DNA of 55,918 nt, counting the filler, from Callorhinchus milii (Eukaryota), in NCBI RefSeq assembly GCF_018977255.1. It is 2 parts of 2 records of this genome, joined end to end, with 100 filler letters (N's around TTAATTAATTAA, not from the genome) between each part and the next. Parts side by side here need not be neighbours in the genome. Positions count along the whole stretch, not along the records: positions 1 to 27,933 come from NW_024705683.1; 1 more part is not named here. One strand, 5' to 3'. This document shows positions 1-11,830 of this stretch, one piece after another. Position numbers and translations under genes: made by a program. Every line of letters starts with the position of its first letter. The stretch's first letter is position 1. The notes beneath the pieces are model-generated. The model did not search any database. It was not told the DNA's origin and saw only the letters and a list, made by a program, of their open reading frames with translations.

Positions 1-775
1 TACAAGAGATCAGAACTGTTTTAAGTGACCACATTTGTTGAATAGAGAATTGCGCTATTACGCTGACATTAGACTATCTGAACAATGATCGGGTCTATTT
101 TGCGAGAGCAGACCAGTTATGCAGAGACCAGGGATCTTGTGTGGTTTCCTGGTTTTTATCCAGACATCAGGCTAGTTATAACGTGACCAGGCCTCTTATA
201 CAAGACCAGGCTGGTATTTAGAGACCAAGCCTGTTACACATATAGACCAGGCCTGTTACACAGATACCAGACCAATTATAAATGGACAAAGCCATCGATA
301 CAGAGACCTGTAGCTTAGTGGTTAGAGCACTCGCTTTGCTCGTGGGAGACGTGAGTTCAACTCCAGGCAGATCAGTGCGAAACCTTAGGCAAGTTTCCTT
401 ACTCCACACAGAGCCTAATTATAATCCCTCCAAAACCCCAAACAATAATAAATTGGTAATTTTCAATCTACGACTGTTTGTGGGACATTGCTGCGCGCAA
501 TTTGCTGCCGCGTTCGCCCACAAATATGTAGTCAGTTCACTTTAAAGTGTGTTCTGTGAAGCGCGTTGGGGCGCCTTCCCGACGTGAAAAGCGCTGTATC
601 AAATGCAAGGAGTATTATTATTATTATGGAGACCATGACCTGCTATAAAGAGACGAGGCCGACAAACTGAGATCAGGTCTGTTATACAAAGGCCAGTCGT
701 GCTATAGAGAGACCAGGCTTTAATACAGAGATCAGGCCCGCTATATGGAAACCACCCGAGGTACGCAGAGAAAAA
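1..775. repeat. Degenerate ~20-bp minisatellite (approx. TATAGAGACCAGGCCTGTTA), interrupted by a SINE
   Basis: Recurrent (GA)GACCAGGCC...TTATA units at 100-300 and 625-775 on both sides of the SINE. Confidence 0.7.
303..627 (+). mobile_element. tRNA-derived SINE with Deu-domain-like body and L2-like 3' tail
   Basis: tRNA-like head TAGCTTAGTGGTTAGAGCAC...GAGTTCAACTCC; CTGTTTGTGGGACATTGCTGCGCGCAATTTGCTGCCGCGTT motif resembling DeuSINEs; (TTA)n tail; three further copies in this window. Confidence 0.85.
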
Positions 776-779
776 GCTT

Positions 780-1130
780 TTTAATCCTTCAAGACACCAC
801 TACAGTCTTGTTCCCCCAATGTCTCTGACTTCCTTTCCGCAAAGAAGAATGTCTGCTGCCTCCGCTCGGCGGACACCGGTCCGCTTTAGGACCCGCGCAA
901 TTCCCGCCCCACTGTGGGCGATCGGGCAATCAGCATTCCTGCCCCAGACTCTGGAAGTCTATTCCGCATGGCCTGTGCCTCACCTGCTTTAAGTCAGGTC
1001 TGAAGTGTGAAGGCCATCGTCGTCGACCACGCCTTCAATTATTTGAGTCTTTTCTTTTCGTCATCCTCCCCTCCACCCAACGCGCACATCAACCCTCCCC
1101 ATTATCCACCGCCGTCTTTGCTCGCGTGTC
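780..1130 (+). mobile_element. Degenerate L2 LINE 3' fragment
   Basis: Similar to the better preserved copies at 2930-3290 and 25085-25600 (GCCCCAGACTCTGGAA..., TTTAAGTCAGGTCTGAAG..., C-rich 3' UTR). Confidence 0.55.
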
Positions 1131-2309
1131 CACCCAGGAAACGTATTATATGCTCATAAACCTTTAGAAAAATCGTTTTGTATTTAATAACTACTGTGAA
1201 CTATGCTGGAATATCAATATAGCTTTCAAATAATATGTTGTCGAGAGCTCAATTAATTGTAAACATTGCAGACAGTGGCGGAGGAATTCCTTCTGTGTTA
1301 CCATTGCAGTTCGTGTCCATTGGGCTGAAACTCACCAATGGATGTTGTCTTCCAGTTTGACTTAAGGTTTTTGTTCTGAGGTTATTTTTTCCGGTCGGCA
1401 ATTGCTTATGTTGACCATTTATAATATCGTTGATATATGAACTTCTCAACAAATGTCCACACGCATCCAAGAGTGTCTCATTGGTGGCTCATGAGGCTGC
1501 AGATCTAGAGATTCTGATTGAAATACAGGCGTCAGCGTATGTTCAAATAATGTCACTTTCTGTCACCATTTTGCTGGTTTTAAACAATCCGTTGTTTTTT
1601 TTAACGATTCAGCTGTTTGAAAACGACAGTGATATGCACAAAATCATCTCAGTTGATTGCTCAATCATTGAGAATCCCGGGCGGTGAAGCATTGTGTCAT
1701 TGAATGGACGAGCACAAAATGTTGTCTCAGTTGCTTTGTAATTTCAATTGTATATTATATTTTAAATATTCACATGAGACACAGGAATGAAATCCAAACA
1801 CTCGGGTGAGGAAAGCGAGCAGGAAGAATGGCTGACATTTCGGTTCCATAGCTCAGTCTGTTTTCATCCTCAGAGCCACACCCATGGACTGTGTTGAATA
1901 AATGATCAGCGGTTGTAATTCAATCGTCTGTTTAATCAGTGATGTTAATGTGGTCGATCAGGATGTGGTAAGATTTTCACAAAGAGCTATTGGTTATGCA
2001 ACTCACTAAAATGTTACCACATTTGGTCGTGAATCGACTGCTCAAACGCACTTCTCGCTGGTCTCAACATTTCCATCTTCCACAATGCCCAACACCTGCC
2101 AAACTACACCCCATCATCCTCACCCACCATAACCAGCGCCCTCCCATTGCCCCGCATCACACCTCGGCTGCACCTGACAGCCTGAGACTCTACCCTGCGT
2201 GGAGGGCGCTTTATAATTGCAATGTTTTTGCTGTTTCTCCTGCTTTCCATGTCAGCGGCATCACCTCCTTTCACACCCCAGCACCTCGCTATCTCTTTGG
2301 TTTCCTCAT

Positions 2310-2930
2310 ACACACATCTCTGCCCAACTCCTGCCCTCAGCCAACACTTTGCTTCCTTCTATGTCTCTGCCCATCTGCTGCCCTCAACTAACACTGTCCT
2401 TCCTTGTGTGTCTCTGCCTACCTCCTGCACTGAGCTCACACTGACGTTCACTGTGTGTCTATGTCCGCCACCTGCACTGTGCTAACACTATCCTTCCCGG
2501 TGTATCTCTGCCCACCTCCTGCTCTGAGCTAAAACTGACCTTCACTGTGTGTCTCTGCCCACCTCCTGTTCTGAGCTAACACTGAACTTCGCTGCGTGTC
2601 TCTGCCCACCTCCTCCACTGAGCTAACACTGACCGTCGCTGTGTGTCTCTGCCCACCTCCTGCTCGGAGCTAACACTGACCTTCCCTCTCTGTCTCTGCC
2701 CACCTCCAGCACTGAGCTAACACTGAGATTCCCTCTGTGTCTCTGCCCCCCTCCTGCACTCAGCTAATACTGACCTTCCCTGTGTATCTCTACCCATATC
2801 CAGCACTGAGCTAATACTGACCTTCAGTGTGTGTCTCTGCCCCCTCCTGCACTGCGCTAACAATGACCTTCCATGTGTGTCTCTGCCCACCTCCTTCTCT
2901 GAGCTAGCACTGACCTACTTATCTGCCCAT
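2310..2930. repeat. 47-bp minisatellite, about 13 copies
   Basis: TGAGCT-type anchors at 2431, 2478, 2525, 2572 (47-bp period); unit approx. CTGAGCTAACACTGACCTTCCCTGTGTGTCTCTGCCCACCTCCTGCA. Confidence 0.92.
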
Positions 2931-3287
2931 ACTCTCTGTTCCTCTCGGTCCGGTCTGCTCCACATCCCCCGCCCCAACCGCCCTACCATCAGTGGTCGGG
3001 CCTTCAGCCTCTCAGCCCCGATGCTCTGGAACTCTATCCCACAGTGCCTTCGCCGCTTCCTCCCTTTCCTCCTTCAAGGCCGGTCTCAACACCTTTCTCT
3101 TTGACCTTCAGCCTTCAGCTCCCCTCTCTACTCTCTACCCCCTCCTCGCTCCCTCCCTTCCCTCCCCTCACCCTGACCATTTCCCCCCTGCTCGGGTCCT
3201 GACCCAACTGTACAGCGCCTTAGGACGTCCTCCCGACTTGAAAGGCGCTCAAAAAATGGAAGCTTGTTGTTGTTGTTGCTGTTGTTG
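2930..3287 (+). mobile_element. L2 LINE 3' end with (TGT)n tail
   Basis: Encodes GRAFSLSAPMLWNSIPQCLR and then SSFKAGLNTFLF in an adjacent frame, typical of the L2/CR1 ORF2 C-terminus; pyrimidine-rich UTR; microsatellite tail. Confidence 0.85.
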
Positions 3288-3342
3288 AACCCTCGACCTT
3301 GGCGTTATTAGCACCGCGCTCTCACCAACTGAGCTAAAGGCC
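3287..3342 (-). pseudogene. 3'-truncated tRNA-Ile(AAT) pseudogene
   Basis: Reverse complement GGCCTTTAGCTCAGTTGGTGAGAGCGCGGTGCTAATAACGCCAAGGTCGAGGGTTC matches the vertebrate tRNA-Ile-AAT up to the T-loop; the 3' T-stem and acceptor strand are missing. Confidence 0.85.
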
Positions 3343-3909
3343 TGACTTACTGAGTGAGTCACTGGAAGCTCAGAATACTGATATACGTAAGAAAACTTGT
3401 GACTGATATATTATGGTGCATTTTCCGCACAACAGACAGATACGTTATTAAATTAATACAATAAATCAGCTGCTGCAACATAACTTTGAGGCAGAGGTAT
3501 AACCTGCCGGATTCCCACTTGCTCAGGACAAACTTTATACTCAGCAGTTCAATTGAAGTGCGGTAACAAATCAAATTTTAACTAAATTAATTTATTCTCA
3601 AACCAATTCCAGATATCGTATGAGCTTATTGCTCTGATTTGTGTCTTTAATAAAGGAAACCATTATCCGCAGTTTTGATTTGAATAAAACTGATCATTTG
3701 CCAACAAAATAAGCGATCAAATTACTTTAAACTATATTGTGTGAAGAGTTTTGAGGCGTCTCGATGACGCTATATGGGGCTATATCAAATGCAAGTATTA
3801 TAATTATTACTATTGGTGCTGTGAAGCGCAGCCACGATAGCAGGACATATTTGCTTGTTTTTTGCACACGAACAACTTTTCGGTTCCAAGAAAAAATAAA
3901 ATGAAATGC

Positions 3910-3981
3910 TTCCCTGACCGGGAATCAAACCGGGGCCGCGGCGGTGAGAGCGCCGAATCCTAACCACTAGACCATCAGGGA
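3910..3981 (-). tRNA. tRNA-Glu(CTC), possibly non-functional
   Basis: TCCCTGATGGTCTAGTGGTTAGGATTCGGCGCTCTCACCGCCGCGGCCCCGGTTTGATTCCCGGTCAGGGAA; 72 nt; T-loop is TTTGA instead of TTCGA and there is one T-stem mismatch; T-runs downstream. Confidence 0.88.
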
Positions 3982-4111
3982 ACATTACACTGGAGAACAA
4001 TAATCCTCGCATATAAAAAAGAGAGATCCAAAATAGATTTGAGTTGTCATTGAAATGCACGCAGAGAATCCGAGTGGCCAATGGGACTGAATAACTTTCG
4101 TTGCTTCCCAT

Positions 4112-4185
4112 CAACAACAACAACGACAACAACAACAATAAAATTACATGTATAGAGCGCCTTTCACATCGGGAGGACGTCAACT
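4112..4185 (-). mobile_element. Isolated L2/SINE 3' tail
   Basis: Reverse complement GACGTCCTCCCGATGTGAAAGGCGCTCTATACATG...(TTG)n matches the tail at 3225-3287. Confidence 0.7.
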
Positions 4186-6276
4186 CAAGACTCAGTTTCC
4201 TCCTCAGCTATATGACGATATCTGCTATCAATGTGTTGGGAGGACATCATCGTTTATGGCAAACCAACATTTTTTATGTTCTCGAAGTCCAAGTTCAATG
4301 CTGTATCTCACCGTACTGCACAATATCTGCGTAATCTTTCTTCTCATCTGTTAAATAGATTCAATTCACTGGGAAATGACCAGAGCCTTCATGTTGTTCA
4401 GCGACATGTCACTTCAGCAGGAACTCTCAATCCGTGCACCGCTTTCGCCTCACTCATTCATTTCACAGAACCCTGACTCGATAACACCGAGAGCAGACTT
4501 CCCAGATCCTTTCCACCAGAGCTGCAGAACATTCAAAATGCTGCAGCCAATGGTCTCCCCACCCAATTTTTCTGACATTTTGCGACTCTACCCATCAGGC
4601 TGCTCCTACCCACAAAATTGGCTTTTCGTTCAAAATCCTTCCAAGGACGACAGAGTCATCAACAAAAAATTGCATTTATATCGCGTCCCTCAGGCGGGAT
4701 TGTGTCGCAGTCAGCAAACCGCATTGCTGTGGCAAGTCCAGCAGATGGGATGAGCCACTATTTGGAAGCACCACAACAGCAACGATTGTTTATATTATGT
4801 TCCCTCACTTCACTTGTGCCACTGTTAATTTATACAAGAAATGCAGCCTAAGAACACGATATATGGCGTTATAAATGTCACACTTGAAGATAGTAAAAAT
4901 TATGGGCCTAAAGTTCCGTCGAATCTACGATTAAGAGTTTGGAGGACGCGAAGCAGCATATTTGGAGACTGTCTGCCAATCTGTGTGGTTGTCGGCGGTG
5001 CAGTGGAATGTCTCTAAATCGTGGAGATACAAAAAACACGTCTTGTTTATGAGGAGGCAAATCTTGCGATCAATGGGATTAGTGACAGACTAGTTTCAAA
5101 ATAGATCAAAAGTGTGAAAAAAAATTATGCCCTTTTGAAAACCTCCCCTTAACTGTAAGAGAGAAAGCATTTCAAAAATGTTATTTCGCTGGCTATAATG
5201 GAAACACGCCTTTGCTCTGTTTGGAACCTGATATCTCTTATATCAGGTAAGAACATGAAACTGTAACATCAATGGAACTTGCTGATCAATCAAACGCAAT
5301 GCGAAATGATATCTCTATGTATCACCCTTCACATCGGGAGGATTAGTGAGGCTGAACTTCCAAGTACATTCTCTGCAAAATTACCTCTGTGTCTCGTGAA
5401 GCACTGAGTTATTGGACGATTATAAAAGATAAACATGTGAATGTGCCATCCAGATTTGGTAATTAGATTCACAATCCAGAGTAATGTAACAATGCTATAC
5501 TACTGAACATTCATAAGATCAAGGTTGGAACTTCACAGGTTATTTCAAGATCATGACTGTGGGGTTACGTTTGTAGACCGTTTATTAGCTGAGCCAGGCT
5601 GGTAATGGTCAGCGATTGTACATAATGATTATATATCAATATTAATAATGTGTTTATAGCATCGCCAATAACAAGTTCTCATTACCGACGGTGCTCAATT
5701 TTCTTGGCATTTAGTTTCTTATTAAAAGCTGCATAGACATGTTGTCTTCAGACAATGAGCCTGGGATTTTCCACGTGTAGGACAGATATAATTATGACTT
5801 CCAGTCTGAAACTTCATCGCTCAAATTTGATGAGGAAACAATCGCAATCTCTGAACAATGAAACTCAAATGAAACGAGAAACTGGGGGGTAAACAGATTT
5901 AATCATCATAAATGCAATGCTACATAATAGTTCATAAAGGCAATGCTACATAATAGTTATAACATTGGTTGAACATTTTCCTGGGAAGTCATTCTTCTAC
6001 TCGGATGGTAGAATGGAAGTGATTAATGCGTTTCGTTTACCATTGAAAACGAAGGAGCCTTCAACAGCTAAATTTTATTTGAGAATGCATCCTATGCGAG
6101 AACGTCTCTAATTGCATCTCAACTCTCCAAGCAAATAAAACTACATCTTGTGAACGTGGTCTGTTTTTTATACCATTGTCGAATATATTGCTGGAGTTTG
6201 AATAAAATTAGTGCAAGGCATTCGATGGTGGTATTGCGGCAACGATTTACAATCAATCAGTCTAAATAATTATAAT

Positions 6277-7178
6277 TTATTTAACCAAATGAAGTAAAAG
6301 AGCAAATGGGTATAAAAGAACCGTCTTCATGTCCTCTCTAAACTTGCTCTGAGACACCATATAGATGCATGTGTTTGTACAGGAGCTCAAAAGCTGAAGC
6401 ATGAATCCAGTCTGTTGGATGATATACCGAACGCTATTTTCTTTATTTTCATAGTGGTAGATTGCAACTGACCATTTTAAGGAATAGACAACATTTGTCA
6501 TCCACAAAAGTAAAAAACTGCCTGATATTGCGAAGAGCAAAATGATGGATTTTCTCCGTTTCCCCATTTCGGGATCATTCTGTTTATTACTAATGCTGTC
6601 ACCCCGGATTCGCTCGCGGGCTCTGCTGGCGATTAAAATGTGTCTAACAGTCAAACCGTTGATAAAGATAACGAGACTTGACACAAGTGCGGGATTGAAC
6701 ACACGGATCAACCGTTCGTACACTCTCCAATATGCTGAAGTGTGATAACTGGGTTTTGGTCTGCAGTATTTCGGGATATTATTAATTATGACACGAGGAA
6801 TGAAAATAAAATACACTGGAATGCACTGCGCACAGCTGAGCACAGACACTATTGTTATAACCAAAATAGCCGAATTTACAGAGCAATATCTGTTTTTTAT
6901 TTTCCGACAACAAATGGCGACATAGCGATCAAAGGTGAAGGCGACTGTTAGCCATATAGAACATCGAGTGGCTGCGGTCAGCAGAACAGTTCGTAACTTA
7001 CACACAGGAGTGTAGTACAAGAAGATAAAATGGAAATACATATGATTAATGCGATTCAGTATCACATCATTGATAATAACCATTAGATCCGCCGCTGCCA
7101 TGGCCACCAGGTAGAGAGTGACGACTCTGGAGAGACCGCACCTTCCCCGGGACAGGATCACAATCGCCAACAAGTTCA
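6277..7178 (-). CDS. GPR139/GPR142-like class A GPCR, gene A, exon 2 (terminal)
   Basis: Open 7TM frame with LVAMAAADL (TM2), FTFDRYVAIC (TM3), FLLLW (TM6), NTCIY (TM7); begins after a pyrimidine tract and CAG acceptor (AG at 7180-7179), phase 1. The ORF-track start is not a real ATG. Confidence 0.92.
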
Positions 7179-7950
7179 CTGAAAAGCGGAGAAGTAAAAG
7201 GTTATTGGTTCAGCAGAATCTGAAAGCCAAATCTATCAGATCTGATTAAAAATCACAGGTTCACCGACACAGCCACACAACCAGAGCGGGGGAATGCAGG
7301 CACCTGGGCAGTCGGTGATACCTGCCCATCCCCTTGCGGACTCACACACTTGCAAAACCTCGCTCATCTAACCATTAATCCGGGGCGATCCGTGTGGCAT
7401 TAGATTCTTGTTGGGTGGCCAGGTGCCAGGCCAGAGTGGCCTCACATCTCAGCCCAGCGCCAACCACAGCAAAAGAAAGAGACATGGGTGTCGGCATCTC
7501 CTTAAGAGGATAGATTAGGCTTCTCGCCTCAAGCCTTGCAGTCCTGTAGCCCAAGTGCCCACATCTGTACATATTGTGTGTAAAATACTTCGGAATCTGC
7601 ACAATGTGAATCAAGTTAATAATCTTCACTGGCAACTGCACTATTGTAGAAAGATTTGTGTAACTGACATCCAGGTCTCATGATTGTCTGTGAGATATTG
7701 CAGTGCACACATTGGCTGCTTTGTTCGTTTACAAAACGCACAATAACTGCATTATATAGGATAGCCTGTGAGAAGTTTGGAGACAATCTGCTGATTTAAA
7801 GCCTTGTATCAAACAAAATGATTAATAAACAATGATGAATTCAGCAAGCCGGTAAAAACCAATAACTGAAATAAACGTTTCGCGACGAATATGTTATCTT
7901 ACTTCCAGTCTCTGGATTCTATGACTAATAGAAAACACTTAATAACCTAC

Positions 7951-8020
7951 TTGGTACTCCAACCACCGCAAGAATCGGGTAATAAAATGTTTCTATTTCA
8001 TACAGTGTCGGATATCCCAT
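7951..8020 (-). CDS. GPR139-like GPCR gene A, exon 1 (MGYPTLYEIETFYYPILAVVGVP)
   Basis: 70-nt exon starting ATG at 8020 and ending at a GTAGG donor; phase 1 matches exon 2 (joined product 323 aa); homologous to the exon at 19345-19414. Confidence 0.9.
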
Positions 8021-8207
8021 GGCAAGACATCAGCGGGAGCGTTGTTGCCGATACAGCGTCTCCAACTAACAATTTGAGATAACGCATTGAGAGGCGATAT
8101 TATTTATTCCAAAGGGAAATCTCTGGGGAACTTTGAATTGCATCACTTGTAATGTCAGTCACAGTCCATGGATATCAAGCCAAGCGGTACTCATCTCCAT
8201 GTCACGA

Positions 8208-8515
8208 GGAGTCTTTTCGCTCAGTGGCTAACGTGCTCAATTCGTAACCGAGACCCCTGGGTTCGATTCCCGGCAGAGCAAAACCTTCTGCAAGTTTCCT
8301 TTCTCCCAACGTCTGATAATAATCCCTCAAGAAAATAAAATAAATAATTTGATCACTTACTCCTCGACTGTCTGTGGGACACTGCTGTGCTTAATTGGGT
8401 ATTGCAGGTATACCAAATTTCCAGTCAATTCACTTTTCAGTGTATTCTGTGAAGCTTTCACTTCTAGAAGATAGGAAAAGCGATATAACAAATGCTTAGA
8501 TTATTATTTTTATTA
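8208..8515 (+). mobile_element. tRNA-derived Deu-type SINE, diverged copy
   Basis: A-box/B-box-like head (GCTCAGTGG, GGTTCGATTCC); CAAGTTTCCTT and TGTGGGACACTGCTGTGC align with 303-627. Confidence 0.8.
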
Positions 8516-10205
8516 CTAATTCATAAGGATCATTGGAGAAACATTTACATTGAATGCTATTTGCCGATAGTACCTGCTTTAAACACCACAGTTGATTGAG
8601 ATATCCTTGTTAAAATCGCTTCGTAAAATAAATCAATATCTGCCTTAATTTGTGATTGATATCGATTTGTTCGTGTGTAACTGAATGACAAACACGAATC
8701 TAAGATTTTTTGTAATGAAACAAAGCGGAGAATAGGCGGATTCCATTTTGTTATTGGAAGTTAATCATTCAAAAACTAATGGAGTACAACAAGGAAGAAT
8801 GGATCCACGGTGGCTTTCAAAATATTATTATTAATCCTTATACTCGATAAAACTCAAATCATGTCGGGAGGACGTTTTAAATCGCTGGAAAGCATACATT
8901 GTAAACGTACTTGGAGTTGTATGCATCCCAGCTATACATGGAAATCTCTCTCTCAACATGTCCTGTACACCTAATTCCGGAGCGTGTTGGTGCAGGTTCG
9001 CAGGATTGCTGACGGCACTGAGTTTAACCAACTAAAATTCCAAAGCTTGCCATTAAAAGCACTGTTTGGGAAGCTTTCATGCCGATTAGAGACCACCCTA
9101 TGCGTTGGTTCTTTGAACTAGAGGGTCAAATGCAGCTGAGTAGAAAAATCAATCGTCACCATCTATTGAAAATTTCCCGAAAATATTAATTCTCTTCAGA
9201 TAATAAATTCTGCTCTTACTCAGCAACGCTGCACTCTTTTCAGGTCTTTAGTCAGCGAAACATCACTCTTGTATGCAATCAGCAAAATTTCAAAATGAAG
9301 AATTATTTTTTATCTCGCTCCTGAACAGACCGTGAACTGCTGCCTCTTCAACACAGCGAGACGGAACTGTTTGACCAGAAAACTATTGTGTCTTAACAGG
9401 TGGATCAGATAAAGGTTTTCATTTCTATATATTTATACGTATTTTTCAGCACTGAACTACTTAAAGGATATTCGTGTGATACTTTCCTCAATGACATCAA
9501 AAGCACTCACAAGAAACTCATCTGATGTTGAAATGATGACGATACATTTTAATGATTACAAAGAAAAGGGCCACTGAACCATGGACCATGCCCTCTGAAT
9601 GTAAACTATTAAGGCGTAATTGACGTGATAGTTGTAACTGAATATTTTTCTTTGACAAAATTGTTTTTTGCTTCATTACTGAGCAAGAAACACAAATAAA
9701 CTCGCATTGAAGAGAGACGTTAAGAACTTATAATGTCGATGAAGTTATCGTTGCTAATATAAGTGAATTCGTAAATTAATTTTCTTGATATTATACTTAA
9801 ATTAATAATTAATGTGTTAATTATTCAAATTTAATTTAGATTCATTTACATTCAAACAAATATGGGTGCCACGGCTCAAATGGTAAATCGCAATCTTGGA
9901 TGTGAGGTGGACACAAATTGTTGGATGACTATATCTACTCACTGTTACTTCTGTAGCTTTGTCAAAAACATAAGTCCATTTTTAGTTGCTCCGATAACAA
10001 ATGTCAATTCATGTTTTAATGGTTGTCGCCCGACAGCGCCTGTAAACGGATGCTATTACTTTTCATGTAATAAATACACTCTGGTTTTGCTCAGTAGCCC
10101 GCCGCTACTTTCAGTTCTTTAGCAAACAAATCATCACTTTTGTAATCAGTCAGCAGCATTTCAAAAGCAGACTTCTGGTTCAAGGCTTTGTGAGGCTCTA
10201 TAACA

Positions 10206-10269
10206 GATGAGGTGTCCGAGTGGTTAAGGCGATGGACTGCTCGCGTGGGTTCGAATTCCACCCTCGTCG
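10206..10269 (+). pseudogene. tRNA-Ser(GCT) pseudogene with an internal deletion
   Basis: GATGAGGTGTCCGAGTGGTTAAGGCGATGGACTGCT^CGCGTGGGTTCGAATTCCACCCTCGTCG; about 18 nt (3' anticodon stem and variable arm) are missing. Confidence 0.88.
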
Positions 10270-11479
10270 CTTTACAGACTTTGGATAATGAGTTGATTTG
10301 CCGCATATTTACTTTACCTGTATTCATTTGTTCCTTTTGAAGTGCTTTGGGAGGGTTCAAATACATTATAAGGCACGAAATTATGATTATTATTTTAGGA
10401 AGCTTGAAAAATGTGTCAGGCCTTGACCCGCTCTGTAAGCCTTGACCGCTTTTCTGGTAAGATGATGAAATAGAAAATAAGAATCCCATGATTTACACTG
10501 AGATAAAACGTACGTAAACATGAGACAGTGAATTCAGACAGATGATCATGGACAAAAAATAAAAGGGATAATGATACTTTCGACCGACATTCTCTATATT
10601 TTGATAATTATGGATCTTTAAACTTGGGTATGAAAATATTTGCAGTTACTGTCTAACTAAATAATTGACTTCACTGTTCTTTAGCTCTATATACTTTATT
10701 AAATTCGAATTTTTGTGACGTCCTCTCTACTCCATCGAAAAATTTGCTATCTTCAAACCCACATGTCACATATACTATGATCACTGTTTGGGAGCATGAA
10801 GCATTGTTCCACGTGTCGTGCAAGGATTTTTGTGCGGTATTGCTGTGTATAAATTTCCGGGAAGGTCGATGTCACAATTAAATTACACATTCAAAGTTTA
10901 CAGCATCAGAAATTATTTCTGTGAGACATAATTGTTGAAAGGCAAACGTGATTGCTTCAGCAGTAATCGGTAGTGGTTTTACATTAGTGTGGGAAATGTG
11001 GAAGATTAAAGACAAGCAATCATCTTGAAAGAGTATTTATTGTTTCTAAAGGGCCTATTTCATTACTCAAAGAAAAATTTTCTTCACACAGCAGTTCCTC
11101 CTAACGGGAGTGCATTCAGATGGTAACATTTGCAGATAACATATGCATTTTTGAAATCACATGTACAATGATCAAATACTGCACTTTGTCGTTCTGTGTT
11201 GACTTGTGTTTGCATGTACCGGGTCTTGAATTGCTGGTTACTGGTCTGCTTTGCAAGAGATTCACGAGATTGAATTCCGAAAGCCGCGGAACTGGACTCT
11301 GCGGGAGGGGAGCGCTATGAGAGTTCGATGACAATTTCTTTACTTCTCAGCCACATCAACGGGAGGTATACACTCTGTGAAAAAACACGAGATCATTTAT
11401 ATAATTTTCTCTGAAGGAATATCGGGGAAGAAAAAGAATGCAAGAGGCACTGTCGTTATGAATTTAACAGTTTAGATCC

Positions 11480-11830
11480 CATGCGAAAGACTTTTGCACT
11501 CCGTCCCCTCAACAGATGATCTGCTCCTTGTTCCTCCCCCCCCACACACACACCAACACCCCCACCACCCCACCCGCCCCAGCACACTGTCAGCGGTCGG
11601 GCTTGCGCCTCCCTTTGGAACTCTATCCCACAGTCGCTTCGCCTCACACCCACCTTTGCTTCCGTCCAAGTACGTGACAGGACACTCCTCTTCGACCACG
11701 CCTTTGGTTTCCCTCCTCCACACACCCTCCCCGCCCTCCGCCCTCCCTAATCCCAAACCGCTGTTTGGGTCCAAACCATTGATTGCCCAGCGCCAAGGGA
11801 CGTGCAGGGCGCTGTGCAAATGGATTGCTT
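11480..11830 (+). mobile_element. L2 LINE 3' fragment
   Basis: GGTCGGGC...TGGAACTCTATCCCACAGTCGCTTCGCC aligns with 2990-3060; C-rich UTR; tail-like end. Confidence 0.7.

Noticed and set aside
303..375. SINE heads (also 8208, 21030-21103, 21699) as tRNA-Ala genes
   Set aside because: No acceptor-stem closure; each continues into the same ~250-bp SINE body and tail
2310..2930. Repeat array as CRISPR or a coding repeat
   Set aside because: Head-to-tail 47-bp units with no unique spacers; period not a multiple of 3; eukaryotic context
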